Below are positions 45,557 through 54,881 of a DNA stretch of 63,346 bases, in pieces. A program made the translations under genes and the position numbers. Positions within the stretch are counted from its first letter, which is position 1; each line of letters starts with the position of its first letter. The notes under the pieces were generated by a model. That model saw only the letters and a list, made by a program, of their open reading frames with translations. It had not been told where the DNA came from and made no database searches. The stretch comes from Spirochaetaceae bacterium (GTDB taxonomy: Bacteria > Spirochaetota > Spirochaetia > DSM-27196 > PWMO01), in NCBI GenBank assembly GCA_046541715.1, contig JBKHCS010000005.1:1-63346 (forward strand), in the 5' to 3' direction.

Positions 45557-45768
45557 CGAGACATCATGACCATCGAGACCTTTTCCCTCCAGGACAACGC
45601 CTTCGGGAACTCGGGGGGGTCTCCTTAACATCCGGCCGTCAAGCCGGTCGGGAAGCCGGCCGAAAGATAGAGATTGCTGCCGCAACAGGAATACACCAGG
45701 CATAAAATAACTGCCTCGCCAGCGATATTACCGCTTCGCCGGGGTCCACTGAGGCGCGGTAATGCGGC

Positions 45769-46257
45769 TTGACGGGCACTTACTGCTTGCGCAGTTACTG
45801 CCAGGCCTGGTATCTTCGAAGGGTGGTTCAACCCGAAACCCATACCCTTGCCTATCTCCTGCGGAATCTGTCGGTCGAGGTGGATGCACAGCTAAACGAG
45901 GCCCTCTCTCCCTTCGGGTTGTCCGCGGCGCAGTGGCGGGTCCTTTCCGCCGTCGATTCGGGAAAGGCGTCCTCTCCGGCGGAGATTTCGAACCTTCAGG
46001 ATATCGACAGCGGTTCCACAAGCCGAATGGTCCGGCGGCTTGAGCTGGCAGGGCTGCTGGAACGGGAGGAGCATCCGGCAGACAGGCGGGCGGTTCGTCT
46101 TCGGATTTCGAAGAAAGCAGCGGCGGTGCTTCCAAAGGCTTCCTCTGTAGCCGAAGCGTTCTACCGCAAGGTGGTTTCCGACATGGCCCCCTACGAGATC
46201 GAGCATCTCCGGGCGCTCTTGCAGCGCCTCCTAAACAACGTTCGGGCAGGGGCTTAA
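45769..46257 (+). CDS. MarR-family transcriptional regulator
   Basis: LSAAQWRVLSAV...SSPAEISNLQDIDSGSTSRMVRRLELAGLLEREEHPADRRAVRL is a winged-HTH MarR pattern. The true start is probably the internal GTG near 45823. Confidence 0.8.
   Translation: MTGTYCLRSYCQAWYLRRVVQPETHTLAYLLRNLSVEVDAQLNEALSPFGLSAAQWRVLSAVDSGKASSPAEISNLQDIDSGSTSRMVRRLELAGLLEREEHPADRRAVRLRISKKAAAVLPKASSVAEAFYRKVVSDMAPYEIEHLRALLQRLLNNVRAGA
45782..45795. promoter_or_regulatory. Palindrome ACTGC-TTGC-GCAGT just upstream of the MarR core (candidate autoregulatory operator)
   Basis: Read directly at 45782-45795. It sits inside a near-direct repeat CTTACTGC / GTTACTGC. Confidence 0.25.
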
Positions 46258-46439
46258 GGCGTCTAAAGTTCTTGCCGAAAGAGCGACGAGGGCATACTAT
46301 TTGCCCAACAGAATCGATGAGTCTTCGACCGATTCGTGCGGTCGTAACGCGTGCCTAACAAACCTGTTCTATTTGTCTGTTGTCAAGATATCTCTGAACG
46401 TCCCGTGTGCCGTCGATCACGGGAAAACGGGTAAGAACG

Positions 46440-47507
46440 ATGATGCGAATTAGCGGAAGATCGGCAGGAAACCACAGATACGGCTTCTTGCTGGTCGGTT
46501 TAGGGCTATCGCTGCTCCTGGTCGGATGCGGCGGCAATCGGGGACAGGAAGAGCTCGAAGAGGGTGACGACGCCGTGTCGGTCCGGACACTCGAAGTAAG
46601 TCCCGGCACCTTCTACGAGGTCGGCGAGTACTACGGAACGGCGTCGGGCATCGAAGAGGCCCGCCTCATATCGGTTTCCGGGGGCCGGGTAAACCAGGTT
46701 CTTGCCGAGGTCGGAGACCAGGTGGAAGCGGGGCAGCCTCTCGCCCGAATCGACGCCGACAAAGCCCAGAGCCAGTACGAAACGGCGGTTCTCCAGGAGC
46801 GCATCGCCCGGGAGGAACTCGACCGGCAACGTCGTTTCTTGGAGATGGGGAACACACCTCAGGTTGCCGTCGACCGGGCCGAGCTTGCCTGGCGTCAGGC
46901 CCGCACCAACGTTCTTGAAGCACGGCGCGTCCTCGACGGGGCCTTGGCGATTTCTCCGGTCGACGGAGAGGTGGTAGCGAAGCACATCGATCTCTACGAC
47001 GAGCTTGCGCCGGGACAACCGACCTTTACCGTTGCGGATCTCTCACGGATGAAGGTCGTTGTCGGGGTGCCGGAAGGGGACATTGCCGGAATCGAATCCC
47101 TCGGGGCCGCGGAAGTTACTTTCCAGAGTTTTCCCGAACGCGTCTGGACCGCAGAGGCGACGAGCTTTTCCCGGAAACGGTCCGATAACACGCTCTCCTT
47201 CGACGTCGAGCTGGTGCTGGACAACGAAGACCGTGTCCTCCTCTCGGGGCTTACCGCGACGGTGCGGTTGGTCCTCCGGGAACTCGACGATCGAATCGTT
47301 ATTCCCAGCGAAGCGGTCATCTCCCAGGGGCGCAATACCTACGTGATGGTGGCAAACTCGACTACCGCCCGGCGTATCCCGGTAACCCTGGGGCCTTCGA
47401 ACACCGAGCAGACCGTTATTGCCGCGGGTTTGGCCCCGGGTGACGAGGTAATCGTCGAGGGCATTAACCAGATTGCCGACGGCGTGCGAGTGCGGACGAT
47501 AGAATGA
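46440..47507 (+). CDS. RND efflux periplasmic adaptor (MFP/HlyD family) lipoprotein
   Basis: ORF trimmed to ATGATG at 46440. Lipobox LLLVGC. Biotinyl-lipoyl-like VGDQVEAGQPLARID, coiled hairpin, beta-barrel domains. Confidence 0.85.
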   Translation: MMRISGRSAGNHRYGFLLVGLGLSLLLVGCGGNRGQEELEEGDDAVSVRTLEVSPGTFYEVGEYYGTASGIEEARLISVSGGRVNQVLAEVGDQVEAGQPLARIDADKAQSQYETAVLQERIAREELDRQRRFLEMGNTPQVAVDRAELAWRQARTNVLEARRVLDGALAISPVDGEVVAKHIDLYDELAPGQPTFTVADLSRMKVVVGVPEGDIAGIESLGAAEVTFQSFPERVWTAEATSFSRKRSDNTLSFDVELVLDNEDRVLLSGLTATVRLVLRELDDRIVIPSEAVISQGRNTYVMVANSTTARRIPVTLGPSNTEQTVIAAGLAPGDEVIVEGINQIADGVRVRTIE

Positions 47508-50500
47508 TCAAGCTCTTCATCCAGAAGTACATGGCGGTCTTTATCTTCTCGTTGCTCATCGTGATAATGGGCGTGATCTCCTACGCACAGCTCCCCCGGG
47601 AGTCGACTCCGGAGATAAAGCAGCCCTACATTTTTATTACGACGACCTACGTCGGTGCCTCCGCCCAGGACGTCGAAAGCCTGATTACCGAACCGATCGA
47701 GCAGGAGCTCGACGGCCTCGACGGCCTCGACGAGATTACCTCCGAGAGCCGTCAGAATTTGTCCTTTATTTTTGCCGAATTCACCTCCGACGTAACCGTC
47801 GAGACCGCCTTGCGCCGGGTCCGGGACCGGGTCGACCTGGTCCGTCCGCAATTACCCGGGGACGCCGACGATCCCTTGGTTCAGGAGTTTAGCTCTTCGG
47901 ACTGGCCGATCTACTCGGTGGTCATAACGCACCCCGACGGCATCCGGCGAATCGAAGATTCAGCGGAAGTTCTCCGGGAGGAGCTCAAACGGATCGCCGG
48001 GGTCCTCGACGTCGATATTGCCGGGCAGGTTACCAAGGAGCTCGCAATCGAGTTGGATCCGGCACGGCTCCAACTCTACGGTTTCGCGATCGACGATGTC
48101 GTTGCGGCCGTCCAATCGGAACACGCCTCAATTCCCGGGGGAGAGCTCCAGAGCGATTCGAAGAACTACGCAATCGCCGTAACCGGGGAGATCCAGGATG
48201 CCAGGGTGTTCGAAGACGTTTTTGTTACCAACGACGACATTCGGGTTCGTCTCGGGGACCTTGGGTCGGCACGGTTCCAAGAGGCGGATCCGGAGACGTT
48301 TTCCCGGTTCAACCGCACCCCGGCGATAACGCTATCGGTTACGAAGCGCCTGGGGGCGAACATTATTGATATCGTCGAGGCGATCGACCGACGGGTCTTC
48401 GAGCTCAACCAGATCTTTCCCGAGGGGACGGAGATTGTCGTTTCCTACGACGAGTCCCGGTACATCCGGGATATGATTGCCGACCTGGAAAACAATATGT
48501 TTACCGGCTTCGTGCTTGTCTTGGCGGTTACGATCTTCTTCCTGGGATTTCGAAACTCGCTTTTCGTTTCCCTTGCAATTCCCTTTTCGATGCTCCTGAG
48601 CTTCTTTGTTCTTCGGGTAATGGGGGTTACCCTGAACATGATTGTCCTGTTTAGCCTCATCCTAGCCTTAGGGATGCTGGTGGACAACGGTATCGTCATC
48701 GTGGAGAACATCTTCCGCCATGGGAGTCTCGGAAAGAGCAGAACAAGAGCGGCCCTCGATGGTTCGAAGGAAGTGGCCGGCCCGATTATCGCCAGCACCC
48801 TGACAACCTGCTTGGCCTTTTTCCCAATTATCTTTATGCCCGGCATAATGGGGGACTTTATGTCCTACCTTCCGATTACCGTCATCGTTGTCCTCGCGAG
48901 CTCCCTCTTCGTCGCCCTCGTTATCAACCCTGTCTTCTGCGCCCGGTTCTTGAGCGCGTCGGAGGAACAGGAAAAGAGAATGTCCGAGGGTAGCGGATTG
49001 TTCGTCCGGCTCCAGGGCGCCTACGAATCGGTCCTGGGCAAGACGACCGGCAGGCCGGGGCTCTCGATCAGTATGGTCTTTCTCCTCAGCCTCGCGGGTA
49101 TGGTAGTTTTCGGTTTAATCGGGAAAGAGCCGCTCTTCTTTCCGTACCTCGACCCGGAGCGCTCCCGAGTCCGGGTGGAAGCACCCCAGGGGACTCCCCT
49201 CGAGCGAACGGACGATATTCTCCGGGAGCTCGAGCAGATCGTCCAGGCTACCCCTGCCTCCCTCGACAGTTTCGAAAGCATAGCGGGACGGGACGGAGGG
49301 GATACCGAGAGCCACCGGGGCAGCATCAACGTTACCTACAAGCCTTTCGTGGAACGCGAAATTCCCGGCGCCACCGCGATCCGAGAGCTTGCCCGAAACG
49401 TAAACGACGTGACCGGCGCTATAATCACGGTGGAGGAGGGAGAACAGGGCCCGCCGACGGGGGACGATATTTCCTACGAGATACGGGGGGCCGACTACGA
49501 GGTCCTCGGGGAATACAGCAGTCGCATCCTCGCGGTTCTCTCGGAATACGAAACGGTCCTCAAGGAATTCGACACGGATTTCGAGGCCTCCCGCCCGGAA
49601 TATCAGGTTGAAATCGACCGGGGAAAAGCCGCATTTCACGGCGTCTCGACGGTTCAGATCGCCCAGACGGTCCGGCGGGCCATCAACGGAGGCGTGATCG
49701 GCACCTATCGGTACGACGGAGACGAGTACGACATCGTGGTCCGGTATAACAAACCCGCTCGGGATTCCCTGAACAGTTTGCGGAATGTTCAGGTCGTCGC
49801 CCAAGATGGGTCTCGAGTACCCTTGAGTGCCGTCGCCGAGGTTTCCCCCCGGACGTCTCTCGGGGTTGTCAAGCGCAGGAATCTCAACCGAGCGGTTACC
49901 GTGTGGGGAAACTTCACGCCGGACATTCCCAATCGAGGGGAGATTGTCGGCGAGATTGACGGCCGGGTTCAGGAGATCGTCAAGGCGATGCCCCCGGGCT
50001 ACGCCTTGGGGCAGGGCGCAGGCCTCGATATTCGCGCCGAATCGACAGGGTTCCTTGTGCAAGCCTTTATCTTGGCGCTCTTCCTGATCTTTGTCGTCCT
50101 GGTCGCGCAGTTCAACTCGGTTCTCGACCCGTTTATCATAATGTTCGCCGTCTTTCTCTCTTTGGGCGGCGTATTCTGGGGTTTCGCCGTGAGCCAAATG
50201 AATTTTGTTATCATCATGTCGGGGATCGGATGCATAGCACTCGCTGGAGTTGCGGTAAACAACTGCATCGTTCTGGTAGATTATACGCACCTGTTGGTCC
50301 ACGAAGGCGTCCATTGGCGGAAGGCGATTATCGAAGCCGGAAAAACGCGCCTGAGACCGGTTATTCTGACGGCCCTCACGACGGTCCTCGCCCTGGTGCC
50401 CATGGCCTTCGGGGTGAGTTTTAGCGTCCAGGAGTTTCGTTTCCTCCTTGGAAGCGAGTCGAGCCAATGGTGGACTTCCTTCGCCTGGACGATGCTCTTC

Positions 50501-50605
50501 GGTCTAACCTTTGCGACGGTTATGACTCTGGTGGTCGTTCCGACCCTTTTGACGGTCAAGTACCGCTTTTTGGAGAAACACGCCCACCGTTTCTCGATGC
50601 ACTAA
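47504..50605 (+). CDS. RND efflux transporter permease (AcrB/HAE1-like)
   Basis: ATGA overlap with the adaptor stop. 1033 aa, 12-TM/two-large-loop layout. Typical segments LALGMLVDNGIVIVENI and IALAGVAVNNCIVLVDY. Confidence 0.95.
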   Translation: MIKLFIQKYMAVFIFSLLIVIMGVISYAQLPRESTPEIKQPYIFITTTYVGASAQDVESLITEPIEQELDGLDGLDEITSESRQNLSFIFAEFTSDVTVETALRRVRDRVDLVRPQLPGDADDPLVQEFSSSDWPIYSVVITHPDGIRRIEDSAEVLREELKRIAGVLDVDIAGQVTKELAIELDPARLQLYGFAIDDVVAAVQSEHASIPGGELQSDSKNYAIAVTGEIQDARVFEDVFVTNDDIRVRLGDLGSARFQEADPETFSRFNRTPAITLSVTKRLGANIIDIVEAIDRRVFELNQIFPEGTEIVVSYDESRYIRDMIADLENNMFTGFVLVLAVTIFFLGFRNSLFVSLAIPFSMLLSFFVLRVMGVTLNMIVLFSLILALGMLVDNGIVIVENIFRHGSLGKSRTRAALDGSKEVAGPIIASTLTTCLAFFPIIFMPGIMGDFMSYLPITVIVVLASSLFVALVINPVFCARFLSASEEQEKRMSEGSGLFVRLQGAYESVLGKTTGRPGLSISMVFLLSLAGMVVFGLIGKEPLFFPYLDPERSRVRVEAPQGTPLERTDDILRELEQIVQATPASLDSFESIAGRDGGDTESHRGSINVTYKPFVEREIPGATAIRELARNVNDVTGAIITVEEGEQGPPTGDDISYEIRGADYEVLGEYSSRILAVLSEYETVLKEFDTDFEASRPEYQVEIDRGKAAFHGVSTVQIAQTVRRAINGGVIGTYRYDGDEYDIVVRYNKPARDSLNSLRNVQVVAQDGSRVPLSAVAEVSPRTSLGVVKRRNLNRAVTVWGNFTPDIPNRGEIVGEIDGRVQEIVKAMPPGYALGQGAGLDIRAESTGFLVQAFILALFLIFVVLVAQFNSVLDPFIIMFAVFLSLGGVFWGFAVSQMNFVIIMSGIGCIALAGVAVNNCIVLVDYTHLLVHEGVHWRKAIIEAGKTRLRPVILTALTTVLALVPMAFGVSFSVQEFRFLLGSESSQWWTSFAWTMLFGLTFATVMTLVVVPTLLTVKYRFLEKHAHRFSMH

Positions 50606-50618
50606 TCGCGGCGGATCG

Positions 50619-51482
50619 ATGAAACGTCCCGGGGCCGTCGCCGTAACGCTTGTATTCCTTGCCGCCGTCGTTTTCCTAGCCGGCTGTGTCGGCGACCCGG
50701 AGGCGGTCCGGCCGGCCTTAGAGGGCGTCGAACCGCCGGAGCTTCCGGATCCGGAGTGGGAGTCTTGGGAGAGGGATATCGCGTATGCGTACCTCCGGAT
50801 CGACGCCCGCGACGGATCGGTAGCCCTCCATCTTGTCCGGTTTGACCCGGCCGAAGTCCCTTTTTTCGTCGAAAGCCGCCGAAGTAGTGAAGGAGCCGTC
50901 CTAATCACGGACCCAAAACGAATTCTCCGGGAGAGTGGTGCCCTCGTTGCGGTCAACGCGTCGCCCTACGCGACCGAAGCCCTCCACGCCGGTGCCGAGG
51001 CGACCATTTCCGGACTTTCCGTCGAATCCGGACGGCTGGTATCGCCTCCGTCGGATCGGTTGTGGTCTTTCTCCGTAACCGACACCGGGCGCTTTTACCT
51101 CCTACCCCCCGGCGCCCCGCCTCCCGAGGGGGCGTACCAGGGTGCCGGGGGCTTCGCACCCCTCGTGGTCGACAAAAGAGCCCGGGGATACTCGGGACCG
51201 AGGGAAGCCCGGACCGCAATCGGGGAGGATGGTCAGGGGCGTCTGTATGTCGCGGTTGTCGACGGACCACGGAGGGGACATAGCCGGGGCGCCACCACGG
51301 AGGAGCTCGGACGGTGGCTCGCCCGCTTGGGCATCGAGAACGCCCTAAATCTCGACGGCGGCGGCTCGAGTGTGCTTCTGCGACGGGGACGAACGGTTAA
51401 CCGTCCGGTTGCCGGGTTACTCTATGGCCGGCGAAGGCCGGTGGCCAACGTCCTCCTGATAGGCGAGGGCAACTTGGAGTAG
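50619..51482 (+). CDS. Phosphodiester glycosidase family protein (DUF2233/NAGPA-like), lipoprotein
   Basis: Lipobox FLAGC. C-terminal RTAIGEDGQGRLYVAVVDG...ELGRWLARLGIENALNLDGGGSS is the family hallmark. Confidence 0.75.
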   Translation: MKRPGAVAVTLVFLAAVVFLAGCVGDPEAVRPALEGVEPPELPDPEWESWERDIAYAYLRIDARDGSVALHLVRFDPAEVPFFVESRRSSEGAVLITDPKRILRESGALVAVNASPYATEALHAGAEATISGLSVESGRLVSPPSDRLWSFSVTDTGRFYLLPPGAPPPEGAYQGAGGFAPLVVDKRARGYSGPREARTAIGEDGQGRLYVAVVDGPRRGHSRGATTEELGRWLARLGIENALNLDGGGSSVLLRRGRTVNRPVAGLLYGRRRPVANVLLIGEGNLE

Positions 51483-52784
51483 GGGCGACTCCCGGGCCAA
51501 GAGCTCCTCGTCCAACCCGAGAATGCTTCCAAGGGATTCTTCGAGGCCCCAGAATACCGGGAGATAGTACTCCGCCGGCAGCCCAACGAGCCGCCGGCGA
51601 CCGATTACCGAGGCATCCGCTTGGGTGTGATGCTGGCTCAGGGCAGCTCTCTGAACCTTTCCGAGATCCTCAGCCTGCCCCCGTTTCGGTACGCCGAAGG
51701 TGACGGGGTAGTGCTCCCTCTGGAACGGGTCGACCGATACCAGATAGCCGTCGGGGCCCTCTCCCTGGAAGCGGAGCTCTTCAACGGCCCTTCTCACGAG
51801 ATAGCCGGTCGCCTCGTGCTCGAAATGCTCCCTCGCATCGGAAGCCAGATCCGGAGAAACAATAAACCGGGGTCCAGCCGCCCGGATCAGCGCTACCAGC
51901 CGCTCGACCAGGAGCTCTTCGCCTCCCCAGGCTTCAAGGATCTCCTCTAGCCCTCTCTCGTCGGCAATTCCGTTGTACGGATGGTTAGGAAGCCCCATAC
52001 GGATGTAGTAGTCCGAGCCGAGAACCCGAAGGGCCTGCTCCGCTTCCCGGACCCGCGTATCTCGAAGCGCCCTTCCCGACAGCGGGTGGTCTTCGTATCC
52101 GGGCACGCCGGCCCGGTAGGGGTAACGGTCCACCCCGGACTCGCCGTCGGTCAAAAGAAGCGTACCGATGGAGAGCCCCCTCCGAGCGAGCCTCGCCATC
52201 AGGACGGCAAAATCGAGGCTCTCGTCGTCGGGATGGGCGTGGATAAAGAGAACCTCAACCGAAGAAAGGCTTTCCGGCAACGCACCCTCTTCGAAAGCTC
52301 CCGGGGGAACCTGCACCGTATTCCGGTAGCCGTGCTCCTCGAGGCTCAGGGGAACAAGGTCGCGAATCGATTCGGAAATTTCCGCCGGGAGGCCCGGTGG
52401 TGCTTCCGTCGAGGTCGCGTCAGCGGGTGGGAGGTCCCCAGGGGCGTCAGTCGGCCGGGCAGCCGTCCGGGTGTCCCCGTCAACCATGGATTCCCAGGGA
52501 AGGACTGATTCGTGGCTGTCGGCAACGGCGGCGCGACGGGTCGGTTTCGGCGGCAGCAGAACTCCCAGGATTGTGGGAACCAACACACAAACAAGAATGA
52601 CGCCCAGTCCGATAAGCTTCGGTCCCCGGGTGAGGAATCGCAGCTCCGGGTCGAAGCGCCGGCGAAAACCGGGGTACTTCGCCAGCCGCAAAAAGCGGAG
52701 GAGAAAGCTGGTAACGGCAAACGCGGCAAGAACAATGACCGGCAGGATGAGAAGTCCGCTGTAAGAGAGGACCGTTTCGACCAC
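51417..52784 (-). CDS. Membrane-anchored PIG-L/LmbE-family deacetylase
   Basis: GTG start. Two N-terminal TM segments, a Pro/Ala-rich linker, then VLFIHAHPDDESLDF and LLLTDGESG. Confidence 0.8.
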   Translation of the reverse strand: MVETVLSYSGLLILPVIVLAAFAVTSFLLRFLRLAKYPGFRRRFDPELRFLTRGPKLIGLGVILVCVLVPTILGVLLPPKPTRRAAVADSHESVLPWESMVDGDTRTAARPTDAPGDLPPADATSTEAPPGLPAEISESIRDLVPLSLEEHGYRNTVQVPPGAFEEGALPESLSSVEVLFIHAHPDDESLDFAVLMARLARRGLSIGTLLLTDGESGVDRYPYRAGVPGYEDHPLSGRALRDTRVREAEQALRVLGSDYYIRMGLPNHPYNGIADERGLEEILEAWGGEELLVERLVALIRAAGPRFIVSPDLASDAREHFEHEATGYLVRRAVEELRFQGEGPDGYLVSVDPFQREHYPVTFGVPKRGQAEDLGKVQRAALSQHHTQADASVIGRRRLVGLPAEYYLPVFWGLEESLGSILGLDEELLARESPLLQVALAYQEDVGHRPSPAIE

Positions 52785-52790
52785 CGTCGG

Positions 52791-53765
52791 TTACCACCAG
52801 GTCTTCATCTTGTAGAGCTCTCCCCGTCCCGGGTCTACGTAGTAGTATTCCTCGCCGAAGAGGGAGAACGCAAAGCTCGGATCCCCCGATTCCGTGTCGA
52901 GAGGAAGATTCGGACCATCTTCGTAAAGCCGTTCGAGGCGTCTCTCCTCACGATCGTAATAGACGACGCCGTCGGTGGTAAAGGAGACTGAGCCCCTCGC
53001 AACGTCTTCAACCCCTTCGGGGAGCGGTGTTACATAGAGATCTTCTTCGATCCAGGAGGTAGCCGGTGTATCAAGGCTATCGGGGAAGATCGCTCCGTCA
53101 AAGGAAAAAAGCACGATCTCGTCCGAGGGACTAAAATGAATAGCTACTATTATTTCGTCGGTGTCGTCTATGTAGAGGGCATCCTCGATCTCGATGGTCG
53201 TATTCGGGTCCCAGGGCAAGATTCGGTAGTCGCCGGTGGCTCCTGCTGCCCATGCGTCGTCGTATTCCTCGATTTCGAGCCAAAAATGGGCGCCGTCGTC
53301 GCTCACGTCGATAATCCAGTTGGTATCCGCGAAATTGCTAAAGCCATGCCGAGAATCGCCCGGTACCAGGGTGCCGGGTGCGGGCGTTCCAAAGCTCCCG
53401 TCCGGAGCAATGGAGACATTTCCAATAATCATATCGAATCCGGCGGCGAGCATCATCAGCGACCCAAACTCTCCGGCTACACCTTGCTCGCTCGCGGTTC
53501 CGCTGAAGCGGAGCTTGAGGTCGTCGTCGAACATCAGAAGCCTGTTTTCGACGGAGGGCGGTCGGTCGAGAACGAAGAGGTATTCTCTCTCGGTGTCAAA
53601 CAGAACGCCCATCGTGATGTCGTCGATGGGCCCCTGAAGTTGGGACTCGACGTCGACTATCCTCTCGATATAGGACAACCGCAGCGGAAAGAGGGAAGTC
53701 CCGGCGAACCGGCAGCCGGAGAGTATCACGAACGTTAAGGCTGCGACGGCGTATCGGAGTTTCAT
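52791..53765 (-). CDS. Hypothetical lipoprotein
   Basis: ATG at 53765. Lipobox VILSGC. No family recognised. 6 nt upstream of the PIG-L gene on the same strand. Confidence 0.55.
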   Translation of the reverse strand: MKLRYAVAALTFVILSGCRFAGTSLFPLRLSYIERIVDVESQLQGPIDDITMGVLFDTEREYLFVLDRPPSVENRLLMFDDDLKLRFSGTASEQGVAGEFGSLMMLAAGFDMIIGNVSIAPDGSFGTPAPGTLVPGDSRHGFSNFADTNWIIDVSDDGAHFWLEIEEYDDAWAAGATGDYRILPWDPNTTIEIEDALYIDDTDEIIVAIHFSPSDEIVLFSFDGAIFPDSLDTPATSWIEEDLYVTPLPEGVEDVARGSVSFTTDGVVYYDREERRLERLYEDGPNLPLDTESGDPSFAFSLFGEEYYYVDPGRGELYKMKTWW

Positions 53766-53872
53766 CCCTTCTTTTTCCAGTATACCACGCGAGCCCCCTG
53801 TGCTCCATTGCTGTCGGCTTCGAAGTCGTCTACCATACCATCGACACTAACGGATCAGGAGAGGAGTGGGAG

Positions 53873-54874
53873 ATGGCCGAGAGGATTGTGGTTTTCGCGA
53901 CGAGTTTTCTCGATGATCTGGTGACCCGCCCCCCGGGGCACGGTGAGGCGAAGAAGAAGCTCGAAGAAGGTGCCGCGGAGCTCGGGTTCGAGGTCGAGTA
54001 TCGCTGCGACCGGGACCCCTTGAAGGCTCTAGAATTGACGGAGCTAAAGGATGTCGTCGCAGTGATCGCCGACCTCGAAGAGTACTCCCCGGACCTCTTG
54101 GCAGCAGTCGGTCCCGCCGGCGGCGGAAGCCTTAAAATAGTCTCCCGCTACGGCATAGGGTACAACAACGTCGACCTCCCGGGGGCCACCAAGGCCGGGG
54201 TTGTGCTAACCAACACGCCGGGAGCAAACGCCCGGCCGACGGCGGAGTGGGCGGTCTCTACGCTCTTAGACGTCGCCGGGCGGCGGGTTCTCCACCACCA
54301 ACGGGCTTCGGTAGGAGAGGGCAAGTCCGGCCCCTCCCGCCTCGACGTAACCCGCCGTACCGTGGGAATCGTCGGTACAGGGAACATCGGTCGCAATGTT
54401 GCGGCCCTCCTGTCGGGTTTCGAACCGAGGCTTCTGGTTTCCGACCCGTACCCCAACGAAGAGTGGGCCCGGACGGCCGGTGCGCGGTACGTTCCCGTCG
54501 ACGAGCTCTGTGGAACGGCTGATTTCATCACGCTCCACGCCGCCACCTCGGATCAGATAATCGGGGAAAAGCAGCTCTCCCTCATGCGGGAGACGACGGT
54601 CCTGGTCAACTGTGCCCGGGGTATTCTGGTGGACAACGAAGCCGCCTACCGTGCAGTCAAAGAGGGCCGCATCTGGGGATACGGCATCGACGAGGTCTGG
54701 ACCTACGACGACCTTCCCCTGGAAAACGTAAACATTATCGCCAGCCCCCACGTCGGGTCGGACAGCGACCTCGGCAAGGTCAACATGCAGCTGGCGTCCA
54801 CCGAGAACGTTCTCGACTTTTTAAGGGGTAAGACGCCAAAGTACGTCGTCAATAGGGAGGTCCTCGAGTCGTAA
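53873..54874 (+). CDS. D-isomer-specific 2-hydroxyacid dehydrogenase (PGDH-like)
   Basis: GGAGAGGAG upstream of the ATG. VGIVGTGNIGRNVA (NAD fold), LVNCARG, SPHVGS. Confidence 0.9.
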   Translation: MAERIVVFATSFLDDLVTRPPGHGEAKKKLEEGAAELGFEVEYRCDRDPLKALELTELKDVVAVIADLEEYSPDLLAAVGPAGGGSLKIVSRYGIGYNNVDLPGATKAGVVLTNTPGANARPTAEWAVSTLLDVAGRRVLHHQRASVGEGKSGPSRLDVTRRTVGIVGTGNIGRNVAALLSGFEPRLLVSDPYPNEEWARTAGARYVPVDELCGTADFITLHAATSDQIIGEKQLSLMRETTVLVNCARGILVDNEAAYRAVKEGRIWGYGIDEVWTYDDLPLENVNIIASPHVGSDSDLGKVNMQLASTENVLDFLRGKTPKYVVNREVLES

Positions 54875-54881
54875 CCGCCTT

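Noticed and set aside
45566-45628. 20-codon ORF (MTIETFSLQDNAFGNSGGSP) after the UbiA-family gene
   Set aside because: There is no Shine-Dalgarno sequence and no supporting feature. It is too short to evaluate.
49115-50467. 450-aa - strand ORF inside the RND permease gene
   Set aside because: It is antisense to an unmistakable AcrB-like sequence, and its product is Arg/Asp/Gly-rich without motifs. The same reasoning applies to 1076..2107 (+), 8077..8952 (+), 20740..21645 (-), 21833..22582 (-), 34460..35380 (-), 59460..60416 (-) and 61765..62352 (-).
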